Origin: Bermanella sp. 47_1433_sub80_T6
Lineage (GTDB): Bacteria > Pseudomonadota > Gammaproteobacteria > Pseudomonadales > Oceanobacteraceae
Assembly: GCA_002162985.1 (NCBI GenBank)
Contig: MAAD01000043.1
Location: forward strand, 637-64,636
Direction: 5' to 3'
Length of the DNA stretch: 64,000 nucleotides
The notes under the pieces were generated by a model. It saw nothing but the letters and a program-made list of their open reading frames with translations, had not been told where the DNA came from and searched no databases. Positions 1 through 8,968 of the stretch are shown here, in pieces. A program made the position numbers and the translations under genes. The number at the start of each line of letters is the position of its first letter. Within the stretch, counting starts at the first letter, position 1.

Positions 1-41
1 GCTTTGAAAAAATCCATGCAGTTGGTATTAGGATATCTACC

Positions 42-1178
42 ATGAAAATCGTCGCCGATGAAAATATTCCGTTATTGGCGGAATTTTTTAATGATGTATG
101 TCAGTCAAATGTACACGCCTTACCGGGTCGTGATATGACTCGAGCAGACTTAACGGATGCCGATATCTTACTGGTGCGGTCCATTACTCAGGTGAATGAG
201 CAATTATTGCAGGGTACCCAAGTGAAATTTGTGGGCACCTGCACCATCGGCACCGATCATGTGGACATGGAATACCTATCCAAGCAAGGCATACGCTTTC
301 ACAGTGCACCAGGCTGCAATGCCCAGGCTGTGGTTGAATATGTGATGAGCAGCTTGTTAACCCTGGCTGAGCGTCGTCAGCGGCCTTGGCAGCAGTTGAG
401 TGTGGGTATAGTGGGCGCCGGCAATGTGGGGAGGAGGTTGTTTAACACTCTCAAAGCACTGCAGGTAAATGTTTGTGCCTATGACCCTAATATTGAAGGG
501 TTTGATTCCCAGCAGCAGGCTGAATCTGTCTGGCAGCAAGATGTGGTGACCCTGCATACCCCCATTACCCGCAGTGGCGAGTTTCAGACCCATCACCTGG
601 TGGATGCTCAGCGTTTGAAGTCCATGAAGCCAAATGCTTGCCTCATTAATAGCTGTCGTGGTGCTGTGATCGATAATCAGGCGTTATTGAGTCACTTGAA
701 AAGCCAACCCAAATTTTTGGCTGTTCTGGATGTGTGGGAGCAAGAACCGGCACCAACGGATGAGTTGATACGGGCTTGCCTGTTGGCGACCCCTCATATC
801 GCCGGGTACAGCCTGGACGGTAAGTATCAGGGCACGGCCATGATTTATGAGGCCTTGTGTGAATTTTTAGCCTTGCCCGTTTGTACTAATCTCGAGCAGC
901 TGGCACCTCCCGCCCCACTTAGAAATATAACCGTGAGCAGTGATGCGGATATGCCGTTTTTGTTTAGGAAGGCTCTGCGCAGTAGCTATGATGTGCGAGA
1001 CGACCACTTTAGGATGTTAAGTCTGCTGGGGTTGGACGATGTTGCCAAGGCAAGTGCCTTCGATAAACTGCGCAAGCAGTATCCCATGAGGCGAGAATTA
1101 AATAGCCTGTCCATTAGTTCACATAGAATTTTGCAGCCAGACTGGCTGCAGGCTATGGGGATAACGCTAAAGGGTTAG
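42..1178 (+). CDS. pdxB: Erythronate-4-phosphate dehydrogenase
   Basis: MKIVADENIP start, LLVRSIT, GTCTIGTDH, GIVGAGNVG, LDVWEQEP, TPHIAGYS, C-terminal FDKLRKQYPMRRE. Confidence 0.95.
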   Translation: MKIVADENIPLLAEFFNDVCQSNVHALPGRDMTRADLTDADILLVRSITQVNEQLLQGTQVKFVGTCTIGTDHVDMEYLSKQGIRFHSAPGCNAQAVVEYVMSSLLTLAERRQRPWQQLSVGIVGAGNVGRRLFNTLKALQVNVCAYDPNIEGFDSQQQAESVWQQDVVTLHTPITRSGEFQTHHLVDAQRLKSMKPNACLINSCRGAVIDNQALLSHLKSQPKFLAVLDVWEQEPAPTDELIRACLLATPHIAGYSLDGKYQGTAMIYEALCEFLALPVCTNLEQLAPPAPLRNITVSSDADMPFLFRKALRSSYDVRDDHFRMLSLLGLDDVAKASAFDKLRKQYPMRRELNSLSISSHRILQPDWLQAMGITLKG

Positions 1179-1210
1179 CAGCATAGGGCATTGGCATGCC
1201 CTTGCCCGAA

Positions 1211-1363
1211 TCACTTTTGGCAGCTCTTGATGATATTATTAAGGGCTTGTTGAACCATGTCTTCGGTTATGGGGGTTTCTTTGCCCTTGGCATCCACCAA
1301 AGCAGCTCCGTGCATGATGTCAGCGGGTGGGGTTACACTCTGCTGGGCGTTATTACTTGGCAT
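1211..1363 (-). CDS. Small PA1571-family protein (50 aa), not in ORF track
   Basis: Manual translation MPSNNAQQSVTPPADIMHGAALVDAKGKETPITEDMVQQALNNIIKSCQK; AGGGA RBS 7 nt upstream; G-x-x-x-x-D-x-x-G-x-E-x-P-I-T-E-x-M motif. Confidence 0.8.
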   Translation of the reverse strand: MPSNNAQQSVTPPADIMHGAALVDAKGKETPITEDMVQQALNNIIKSCQK

Positions 1364-1429
1364 AATTCATTCCCTTTTTTTAGCTTCACTTCAGTATAGA
1401 CACAGCGAGATTGTCTCGCCAAGAGAAAT

Positions 1430-2356
1430 ATGAAAAATAATTCAGTGTATCAAGCGCTTACCCAAGGGTTGCCCAGCGAACAGGCCAAGCGTTTATTTCA
1501 TGGCCGTGGTGGTTTATTTGACGGTTGGCAGCAAGTGAATATTGAGATCTATCCCCCTGTGTTATGGGTGATTGTTTATCAGCAAATAGATGAGCAGCCA
1601 CTATTGGAAATGCTTGAACAGGTAAAAAACAACTCTGAAGCCCTAGGTGTTCAACATATTTACATCCAGCGCCGCTTTCAAGCGGGCAATCCTGTGCAGG
1701 TTTTCATGGGCGATGAGTCCATGTTAGAGGTGGATTTTAAAGTCAGCGAGGCGGGATTAAACTATTGGGTTAACTTGGGAAAAAACCAAAACAGCGGGCT
1801 ATTTTTAGACATGAGTGAAGGGCGTGCCTGGGTGCAAAAATACTGCCCGGGCAAATCGGTATTGAACCTATTCTCCTATACCTGCAGTTTAGGGGTGGCC
1901 GCAGCGGCGGGGTCGGCCCGTTCGGTAATGAATGTAGATATGGCCAAGGCCGCCATTAAACGCGGGCAACAAAACCTCACGTTAAATGACTTAGGTGCGC
2001 GCAGTGTATCCTTCATTGCCCAGGATATTTTTAAGATGGTTAAAAAGATTAACCAGAGGGGTCCCTTTGACTTATTGATTGCCGATCCGCCCAGTTTTCA
2101 GAGCCGCGCCTTCGATGTACGCCGGGATTATCAAAAGTTACTGGAAAAATTTAAACCCGCCTTGGCAGAGGACGCCACCCTAATGCTGTGCCTTAATAGC
2201 CCGGCCTTAGGGGTAGATTTTATTCATGCGTTGGTGGCTCAGGTGTTGCCTGAAGCTACCTTTGTCGAACGGCTGGCGAATCCGGCGGTGCTTGCAGATG
2301 CTAATGAAGACGCATCTTTAAAGGTGTTGATATACAAGATGGGCATCAAAGCGTAA
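1430..2356 (+). CDS. Class I SAM-dependent methyltransferase (RlmI/RlmK-like)
   Basis: RLFHGRG, NQNSGLFLDM, VLNLFSYTC, DPPSF. Confidence 0.85.
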   Translation: MKNNSVYQALTQGLPSEQAKRLFHGRGGLFDGWQQVNIEIYPPVLWVIVYQQIDEQPLLEMLEQVKNNSEALGVQHIYIQRRFQAGNPVQVFMGDESMLEVDFKVSEAGLNYWVNLGKNQNSGLFLDMSEGRAWVQKYCPGKSVLNLFSYTCSLGVAAAAGSARSVMNVDMAKAAIKRGQQNLTLNDLGARSVSFIAQDIFKMVKKINQRGPFDLLIADPPSFQSRAFDVRRDYQKLLEKFKPALAEDATLMLCLNSPALGVDFIHALVAQVLPEATFVERLANPAVLADANEDASLKVLIYKMGIKA

Positions 2357-2413
2357 GCAAACTCTATTCAATCAATGAGGGTATTTGAATGGGGTACTGT
2401 TTGCTAAAACGGG

Positions 2414-2839
2414 TTAAAGCGTTAACAAATGCCGTTCAATTAATGAGCGTACTTCAATGCTGGATTGATCTTTGAGCGCGCAGTGCAGTTGCTGCGCCAG
2501 AGTGTGTTGTTGCTTCTCCACCGAGCTGGCATCGGCCAGATGGTTGGAGGGCAGGGTGGGACGTATGAGTTTTACAAAAGCCATCTGGGTCAGGGTGCAG
2601 TCTTCCACCGATTCCTGATGCACGATATTCGAATATCGGATGTAGCCCTCGTCGTGCAGCCAGCTAACCGCCCCTATGGTTGAAAGGTAACGATTACTGT
2701 GTAGGCCAAATTCATCCATATCATCCGGCCCACTAATGTCTTCCAGATACAAAGATATCTTGCGCGGAAACTGCTGATAGAGACTCAGTAGGGTCACGGC
2801 AATATCGTGGAAAAAATCATCAATATTAATATCAATCAT
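2414..2839 (-). CDS. Conserved hypothetical protein
   Basis: 141-aa ORF directly downstream of alaA; FPRK...DEFGLHS...WLHDEGY pattern recalled from gammaproteobacterial hypotheticals. Confidence 0.75.
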   Translation of the reverse strand: MIDINIDDFFHDIAVTLLSLYQQFPRKISLYLEDISGPDDMDEFGLHSNRYLSTIGAVSWLHDEGYIRYSNIVHQESVEDCTLTQMAFVKLIRPTLPSNHLADASSVEKQQHTLAQQLHCALKDQSSIEVRSLIERHLLTL

Positions 2840-2856
2840 GAAGGGCCAGTTTGATG

Positions 2857-4071
2857 TTATTGTTGGTAGGAGGCAAAAAAGTGTTCCATTTTACCTATCG
2901 CTTCCTGCAAGTCATCACATCTGGGCAAAAATACCAGTCTAAAATGATCAGGTTCGGGCCAATTAAAGGCGCGGCCGTGCACCAGTAAAATTTTCTGCTG
3001 CTCTAATAAATCCAGCACCATTTTTTCATCATTTTTAATGTTAAATCGTTTCTGGTCCATCTTAACAAAACTGTACAGGGCACCCTGGGGTAAGGTGCAG
3101 CTTAAGCCGGGAATATCATTAATTAACTTGTGGCTTAACATGCGCTGCTCATAGATGCGCCCACCTGGGGTAATAAGGTCGTTGATGCTCTGGTAGCCTC
3201 CCAGTGCACTTTGAATGGCATATTGGGCGGGTACGTTGGCGCACAATCGCATGCTGGCCAGCATGTCTAACCCTTCTAAATAATCTTTGGCTTTATGTTT
3301 GGCACCACTGATCACCAGCCAGCCACTTCGAAAACCAGCCAGGCGATAGGTCTTGGATAAACCATTAAAGCTGATGATTAATAAATCATCGGCCAAGGAA
3401 GCGGTGGCCACGTGTTCTGCTTCATCAAAGATTATTTTGTCGTAAATTTCATCAGAAAAAACCACCAGGTTGTGCTGGCGCGCCACCTCCAGTAACTCTA
3501 ACAAAACCTCTTTGGGGTACAGGGCGCCGGTGGGGTTGTTGGGATTAATTAATACCAGGGCGCGAGTCTTGGGGCTGATTTTCTTCTTTATATCTTCAAT
3601 GTCCGGGTACCAGTTGGATTGTTCGTCACACAGGTAGTGAACCGGTGTGCCGCCGGCTAAACTGGCGGCACCGGTCCATAGGGGATAGTCGGGTGCGGGA
3701 ATTAATATTTCATCACCGTTATTAATGAGCCCTTGTAAGGCCATGACAATTAGCTCGCTGACGCCGTTGCCTAAATAGATATCTTCAATTTCTACACCCT
3801 TGATGCCTTTCCCTTGGCAATATTGCATGACGGCCTTGCGAGCACTGTAGACCCCCTTGCTGTCACTGTAACCCTGAGCGTTGGGAAGCTGGTGAATAAC
3901 ATCTTGCAGTATTTCATCCGGGGCATTGAGTTCAAAAGGCGCCGGGTTGCCGATGTTTAGTTTTAATATACGGTGGCCTTCATCTTCCATGCGTTTGGCC
4001 TGGGTAAGTACCGGCCCACGGATATCGTAAAAAACATTGGCCAACTTATTGGACTTGTGTACTTCGTGCAT
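2857..4071 (-). CDS. alaA: Glutamate-pyruvate aminotransferase AlaA/YfbQ (start reassigned to MHEVHKS)
   Basis: YDIRGPV, KLNIGNPA, NPNNPTG, SDEIYDK, NGLSKTYRLAGFRSGW; GAGGTGG RBS before ATG 4071. Confidence 0.93.
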   Translation of the reverse strand: MHEVHKSNKLANVFYDIRGPVLTQAKRMEDEGHRILKLNIGNPAPFELNAPDEILQDVIHQLPNAQGYSDSKGVYSARKAVMQYCQGKGIKGVEIEDIYLGNGVSELIVMALQGLINNGDEILIPAPDYPLWTGAASLAGGTPVHYLCDEQSNWYPDIEDIKKKISPKTRALVLINPNNPTGALYPKEVLLELLEVARQHNLVVFSDEIYDKIIFDEAEHVATASLADDLLIISFNGLSKTYRLAGFRSGWLVISGAKHKAKDYLEGLDMLASMRLCANVPAQYAIQSALGGYQSINDLITPGGRIYEQRMLSHKLINDIPGLSCTLPQGALYSFVKMDQKRFNIKNDEKMVLDLLEQQKILLVHGRAFNWPEPDHFRLVFLPRCDDLQEAIGKMEHFFASYQQ

Positions 4072-4355
4072 GAAACCACCTCTGCTGTCTAAGTCGCGAG
4101 ACAGCTTGATAAAACCATATTGGCGCAGATGATACCTAGCTTTTAACAACTCTCCAATCTCTAACCACTTCTGGGTATAGATAATGTGATGCTTATTAAA
4201 CTGTATTTTATTGGTGTTAAAAATATCGCTTGAATCGCGATGGGCTGTTAACTTGTGCCATAGTGTTAAAGGTCGTTTTTGCGATACAATTTTAGGGTGT
4301 GTTGAATACACGGTTCAGTCGCTTAAATGTTTAGTAAGTGGCTTATGGGAAGGCA

Positions 4356-4751
4356 ATGAAAAAGATAACAAAAACCAACGAACAGTGGCTGCAGCAATTG
4401 GGCGCAGAGGTCTATGGCATCGCCCGCGAAAAGGGTACCGAACCTGCGTTTAGTGGTGCGCTCTATCAAAATACTCAAACCGGTCAATACGTGTGCACCT
4501 GTTGTGGTCAGCCATTGTTTGAGTCCGGCAGTAAATACGATAGCGGCTGCGGCTGGCCCAGTTTTTTTGTGCCCTTAAATACCGACGCGGTGGATGAAAG
4601 CGCTGATTCTTCCCATCACATGCAACGCACCGAAGTGTTATGCAGCCAATGTGATGCCCATTTGGGCCACGTGTTTCCCGATGGCCCGGCACCCACGGGA
4701 CTAAGGTATTGCATCAACAGCGCGTCTCTTAAGTTCACTAAAGACAAATAA
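4356..4751 (+). CDS. msrB: Peptide-methionine (R)-S-oxide reductase
   Basis: GTEPAF, two Cxx[28 protein letters not shown]. Confidence 0.96.
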   Translation: MKKITKTNEQWLQQLGAEVYGIAREKGTEPAFSGALYQNTQTGQYVCTCCGQPLFESGSKYDSGCGWPSFFVPLNTDAVDESADSSHHMQRTEVLCSQCDAHLGHVFPDGPAPTGLRYCINSASLKFTKDK

Positions 4752-4814
4752 GGTTTGGGGTTGGTCGATATTGGCAGAGTTTTGCCTGGCTGATTATCGT
4801 ACAGTTATAATTGC

Positions 4815-4831
4815 GCACAATTTTATTGTGC
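4815..4831. promoter_or_regulatory. Candidate OhrR/OspR operator
   Basis: Perfect inverted repeat GCACAAT-TTT-ATTGTGC upstream of gpx; resembles the OhrR box TACAATT-N-AATTGTA. Confidence 0.7.
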
Positions 4832-4862
4832 TATATATTGAAATCTAACTAAGGGGGTAAAT

Positions 4863-5342
4863 ATGTCTATTTATGATTTTACGGCGCTGGATATTCAGGG
4901 CTCCGAGCGAGCATTAAGCGATTATCAGGGTAAAGTGTTGTTGGTGGTTAACACCGCTAGTAAATGCGGTTTCACCCCGCAATACGAAGGCTTGGAAAAG
5001 GTGTATGAAGAGCTTCATGATGACGGTTTTGAAATTTTAGGTTTCCCTTGTAATCAGTTTGGGCAGCAGGAAAAGGGCAGTGACAGTGAAATTGCCGGTT
5101 TTTGCCTTAAAAATTATGGTGTGAGCTTTCCCATGTTTGCCAAAATTGATGTGAACGGTGAGCAAGCCCATCCCTTGTACGATTACCTGAAAAAAGCCTC
5201 TCCAGGCATACTGGGCAGTAAAGGCATTAAATGGAATTTCACCAAATTTTTAGTTGGTAAAGACGGACAAGTGGTGAAGCGTTTTGCCCCCACTGCAAAA
5301 CCTGAAGCCATTAAAAAGCACATTAAAGCATTAATGGCCTAG
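4863..5342 (+). CDS. gpx: Glutathione peroxidase
   Basis: VNTASKCGFTPQY, GFPCNQFG, IKWNFTKFLV. Confidence 0.95.
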   Translation: MSIYDFTALDIQGSERALSDYQGKVLLVVNTASKCGFTPQYEGLEKVYEELHDDGFEILGFPCNQFGQQEKGSDSEIAGFCLKNYGVSFPMFAKIDVNGEQAHPLYDYLKKASPGILGSKGIKWNFTKFLVGKDGQVVKRFAPTAKPEAIKKHIKALMA

Positions 5343-5431
5343 CCGCTTTAAAGTGAGGTGTGTTTTATCCGGGTCTGTTTACGGGTATATTGCGCTGAGT
5401 TAATAGTGCGCAGTGGGCAAAAGGAGATGAA

Positions 5432-5881
5432 ATGGCCAGTAAAAGTGATGAGTTGTTGAAGTTGGATAACCAATTGTGTTTTCAGCTTTACAGTGCCTCA
5501 AGAGCCATGACCAAGCTTTATCAGCCCTTGCTTAAGCCTCTGGATTTAACCTACCCGCAATACCTGGTGATGTTGGTATTGTGGGAGATGCCCATGGGGC
5601 ATAAATACACGGTGACCACCCTGGGTCAAAAGTTGCGCCTGGACAGTGGTACCTTAACCCCCTTATTAAAACGTTTGGAAACCAAGCGTATGATTCAGCG
5701 TCAGCGCAGTCATGTGGATGAGCGCCAGGTATGGGTTCGCCTCACCGGCCTGGGAGAATCCCTTAAGCAGCAAGCCAAGCGGGTGCCAGAAAAACTACTG
5801 TGTGTGACCAATACTTCCCCAGAGGACGTAGCAACCGTGCGGGACACCCTTAAATCCTTGCTGGCCAGCCTGGATGGCTAG
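5432..5881 (+). CDS. MarR-family peroxide sensor (OhrR/OspR-like)
   Basis: LDNQLCFQLY with sensing Cys, LTYPQYLVMLVLWE, LDSGTLTPLLKRLE; directly after gpx as in P. aeruginosa gpx-ospR. Confidence 0.9.
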   Translation: MASKSDELLKLDNQLCFQLYSASRAMTKLYQPLLKPLDLTYPQYLVMLVLWEMPMGHKYTVTTLGQKLRLDSGTLTPLLKRLETKRMIQRQRSHVDERQVWVRLTGLGESLKQQAKRVPEKLLCVTNTSPEDVATVRDTLKSLLASLDG

Positions 5882-5889
5882 GGCAGGGG

Positions 5890-6681
5890 TTATTCCCGGT
5901 CGTACAGGTTACGTTTTTGTTCCAGGTCGTCGTCTTCTTTGATCTTGTCGACGCCACTGGCCAGTTTGTTGGCGGTGGCTTTATTCCTTTCTTTGCTTTG
6001 ATTCTCTATTTTGGCTTCAGTTTGCTTGATTAGCTTTTCCAGTATTTCCTTTTGTGGTTTCAAATATTGTTTGATGGGGCTTTTAAGGGCGATGCTTAAC
6101 GCCACCCGTAATTTTCCAAGGGCAGGGCGGTGTTTGTTCAGTTTTAAAGCGTGTCGTGCCAGGCTGTAGTTTAAGTCCAAACCAATTCTGTAAGTGATGA
6201 CCTTGAGGTTTTTGACCACTCTGGAGCCGTGGGCCCGAGGAATGAGGCCAAGTTTAACGGCAGAAATAATTTGACCGTGAAGGTACTTAATCAGTGATCG
6301 GATTTCATGGGCCATATCTGCATTGTCTATTTTGGTCCATTTAGCCAGGCGCTCCACGCTGTCGTCTTTTGCATTAATAGTGGTCTCCAGCTGCGTCTGC
6401 AGATCCTGATGCATCTCTGTAAGGCTGTCAGTCTCATTACCGGCGGCCTGCACTTGATCGATAATCTGCATGAGGCGCTTAATCATGAATAGCTTAGTGG
6501 GGGTGTCCAGGTACACTTGAGGCACCACCGCCAGGGCACTTTGCATGCGGCGCAGGTCGTCATGCAACTCCACCAGTAGTCTGGCACGTTCGATGCGGCG
6601 CTTTTCCAGATAGCTCTTCATGGCGATACTGCCCACTAGTGTGGCCAGTATTAATACGCCTAAGATGACGAATGTGGTCAT
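5890..6681 (-). CDS. Membrane-anchored helical hypothetical protein
   Basis: N-terminal TM helix then helical/coiled-coil region; start placed at ATG 6681 (track begins at TTG 6690). Confidence 0.75.
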   Translation of the reverse strand: MTTFVILGVLILATLVGSIAMKSYLEKRRIERARLLVELHDDLRRMQSALAVVPQVYLDTPTKLFMIKRLMQIIDQVQAAGNETDSLTEMHQDLQTQLETTINAKDDSVERLAKWTKIDNADMAHEIRSLIKYLHGQIISAVKLGLIPRAHGSRVVKNLKVITYRIGLDLNYSLARHALKLNKHRPALGKLRVALSIALKSPIKQYLKPQKEILEKLIKQTEAKIENQSKERNKATANKLASGVDKIKEDDDLEQKRNLYDRE

Positions 6682-6750
6682 AATGTACAAAATTTCCCTA
6701 TTCTAGGGTTAAGTGTAGACGTTTATTTTGAAATCTTTTTTATAAAAAAC

Positions 6751-6787
6751 TTGACGTAATTCAATGAGATACATAGAATGCGCGCCA
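6751..6787 (+). promoter_or_regulatory. Sigma70 stable-RNA promoter
   Basis: TTGACG-17 bp-TAGAAT followed by GC-rich discriminator GCGCGCC; A/T tracts upstream. Confidence 0.85.
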
Positions 6788-6819
6788 TCTTGAGACAGAC
6801 TGATGTCGCAAGCCTAAGT

Positions 6820-6895
6820 GTCCCGTTCGTCTAGAGGCCTAGGACACCGCCCTTTCACGGCGGTAACAGGGGTTCGACTCCCCTACGGGATACCA
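6820..6895 (+). tRNA. tRNA-Glu(TTC)
   Basis: Cloverleaf, anticodon arm CCGCC-CTTTCAC-GGCGG, GTTCGA, CCA. Confidence 0.97.
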
Positions 6896-6989
6896 CTTAA
6901 AACTTTGGTTTAAAGTGGGTACTTAGAGGTAAGCCTTATCTTAACCGATTAGGCAACCACATTTAGAATGGTGAAGCATTCTATAAATT

Positions 6990-7064
6990 GCGGGAATAGC
7001 TCAGTGGTAGAGCACAACCTTGCCAAGGTTGGGGTCGCGAGTTCGAATCTCGTTTCCCGCTCCA
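6990..7064 (+). tRNA. tRNA-Gly(GCC)
   Basis: GCGGGAATAGCTCAG...CTTGCCAAG...TTCCCGCTCCA. Confidence 0.97.
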
Positions 7065-7137
7065 ATTTTTTTATCTCTGGCTTAATTGTCAAGAGTTGTC
7101 TGGCCTGACAGTAAAAGAATTGATTCAGTCACAGTGT

Positions 7138-7213
7138 GTCCCGTTCGTCTAGAGGCCTAGGACACCGCCCTTTCACGGCGGTAACAGGGGTTCGACTCCC
7201 CTACGGGATACCA
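7138..7213 (+). tRNA. tRNA-Glu(TTC), second copy
   Basis: Identical to 6820-6895. Confidence 0.97.
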
Positions 7214-7230
7214 TTTTTACTTTTTAGTGT

Positions 7231-7305
7231 GCGGGAATAGCTCAGTGGTAGAGCACAACCTTGCCAAGGTTGGGGTCGCGAGTTCGAATCTCGTTTCCCG
7301 CTCCA
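7231..7305 (+). tRNA. tRNA-Gly(GCC), second copy
   Basis: Identical to 6990-7064. Confidence 0.97.
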
Positions 7306-7349
7306 ATTAAAAGTAGATACAGTGTGTTAGGTTTATGCCTAAAGATTAT

Positions 7350-7424
7350 GCGGGAATAGCTCAGTGGTAGAGCACAACCTTGCCAAGGTTGGGGTCGCGA
7401 GTTCGAATCTCGTTTCCCGCTCCA
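7350..7424 (+). tRNA. tRNA-Gly(GCC), third copy
   Basis: Identical to 6990-7064. Confidence 0.97.
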
Positions 7425-7430
7425 AATTTG

Positions 7431-7459
7431 AAAGCCAGTGCATTGCACTGGCTTTTTTA
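7431..7459 (+). terminator. Rho-independent terminator of the tRNA operon
   Basis: AAAGCCAGTGCA-T-TGCACTGGCTTT followed by T tract. Confidence 0.9.
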
Positions 7460-7480
7460 TGTCCAGGGATTGGGCAGTAT

Positions 7481-7570
7481 GCTAATCATGCCGGGAGCAA
7501 TTATTAGTGAGTGTTCAGGATGAACCGTATGTCGCGGTGCCAGGAGTGGCATAGAGCGACGTTGCTCGGG
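7481..7570 (+). repeat. Degenerate multi-hairpin element resembling tRNA-linked repeats (RtT/TLR-like)
   Basis: Hairpins with CGGGA and AGGA(T/G) loops: TAATCATGC-CGGGA-GCAATTATTA, GTTC-AGGAT-GAAC, GTCGC..TGCCA-GGAG-TGGCA..GCGAC. Confidence 0.45.
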
Positions 7571-7628
7571 CTAGCTTAAGTTCAGTGTTAGAACTCACAT
7601 CCGTTTAGCCAGCCTGTTCCCAATAGTG

Positions 7629-8024
7629 TTATTTCGAAAAGATGGCAACCTTAGTCGCCATATAGTCAAAATCTTCACCGCCCTCGTGTAAAGCATCTTC
7701 AAGCAGCTGGAATTTGGCTATTTCTTCGTCCGGCATGAAGTGCAAGGCATCTCCTCCAAAGTACCATAAGACTTCACGGCCAAGGTGAGGGGCCAGAGTT
7801 GGGAAGTTACGAAATAAACGGTTTAGCCAATCTTGCCCATTAAAAGCGGCCTGAGGTGCTTGATCTTCCATATCAGCAATTAAATGTTGTAGTTGATCTA
7901 CAAAGGATTGCTCATCGCTGGGCATGGGATCTTGATTAAATGGAAAACCTTGTTGCAAAAAGCCTAGGAAATCTTTTAATAAAATAAGAGTATGATGGCG
8001 AGCATTATAGATTTGATTAGACAT
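7629..8024 (-). CDS. PA2817-family protein
   Basis: QDW...FPTLAPHLGREVLWYFGGDALHFMPDEEI motif; same neighbourhood as in Pseudomonas. Confidence 0.8.
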   Translation of the reverse strand: MSNQIYNARHHTLILLKDFLGFLQQGFPFNQDPMPSDEQSFVDQLQHLIADMEDQAPQAAFNGQDWLNRLFRNFPTLAPHLGREVLWYFGGDALHFMPDEEIAKFQLLEDALHEGGEDFDYMATKVAIFSK

Positions 8025-8030
8025 AATTTA

Positions 8031-8966
8031 ATGAGCTTATTAGAGAATTATTCTGGGCCGGCGTTGAGTATTTCGGGACTTGGCAAGGTATATGACAATG
8101 GCTTTGTAGCCCTGAAAGACATTAACCTGCAAGTGGACCAGGGTGACTTTTTTGCACTGTTGGGACCCAATGGTGCCGGTAAGTCTACCACACTGGGTAT
8201 CGTTTCGGGTTTGGTTAATAAAACTCAGGGAAATGTCAGCCTGTTTGGTCTGGATATCGATGGCGATGTGTATGCTGCCAAGCGATTACTGGGGGTCGTC
8301 CCCCAAGAGTTTAACTTTAACCAGTTTGAGAAAGTCCAGGATATTGTCATTACCCAGGCTGGTTATTATGGCATTAAAGTAAAGGAAGCCAGGGTTCGCA
8401 GCGAGAAGTATCTTAAAGCCCTGGGGTTATGGGATAAAAGAGATGTCCCCTCACGCATGTTATCTGGCGGCATGAAACGGCGTCTGATGATCGCCAGGGC
8501 CCTGGTGCACGGCCCGCAGATATTAATCCTGGATGAACCCACCGCCGGGGTTGATATTGAGCTCAGACAGAGCATGTGGCGCTACCTTAAGCAGCTTAAC
8601 GAGGAAGAGGGGGTCACCATTATCCTTACTACTCACTATTTGGAAGAGGCCGAGAGTCTTTGTAAGAATATAGCGATCATAAACCACGGGGTCATAGTAA
8701 AAAACACCAGCACTCGAGAATTATTGCAAGAGCTTCACAAGCAGACTCTGGTAGTGGATTTAATTCAGCCTTATGCAAAGCGCCCTAAATTGGAATCCCT
8801 CCAGCTAAACTGGCTGGATGACAGTTGTTTTGAAGTGGATGTGAATAAAGGCACGGCCATCAACGAGTTATTTAATGTGTTTAACCAGGCTAATATTTCG
8901 GTTAACTCAATTCGACCAAAAGCCAACCGTTTAGAAACTCTGTTTGTGGATCTGGTGAGGAAATAA
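8031..8966 (+). CDS. yadG: ABC transporter ATP-binding protein (YadG-like)
   Basis: GPNGAGKST, VVPQEFNFNQFE, LSGGMKRRL, ILDEPT, TTHYLEEAE. Confidence 0.9.
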   Translation: MSLLENYSGPALSISGLGKVYDNGFVALKDINLQVDQGDFFALLGPNGAGKSTTLGIVSGLVNKTQGNVSLFGLDIDGDVYAAKRLLGVVPQEFNFNQFEKVQDIVITQAGYYGIKVKEARVRSEKYLKALGLWDKRDVPSRMLSGGMKRRLMIARALVHGPQILILDEPTAGVDIELRQSMWRYLKQLNEEEGVTIILTTHYLEEAESLCKNIAIINHGVIVKNTSTRELLQELHKQTLVVDLIQPYAKRPKLESLQLNWLDDSCFEVDVNKGTAINELFNVFNQANISVNSIRPKANRLETLFVDLVRK

Positions 8967-8968
8967 TC

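Noticed and set aside
1196-1399. 67-aa plus-strand ORF
   Set aside because: Antisense shadow of the better-supported 50-aa minus-strand gene
4072-4311. 80-aa N-terminal extension of AlaA
   Set aside because: Homology and RBS place the start at 4071; the extension covers the divergent promoter region
7242-7448. 68-aa ORF, and apparent repeat-spacer array at 6820-7424
   Set aside because: The ORF is antisense to tRNA-Gly genes; the repeats are tRNA copies, not CRISPR
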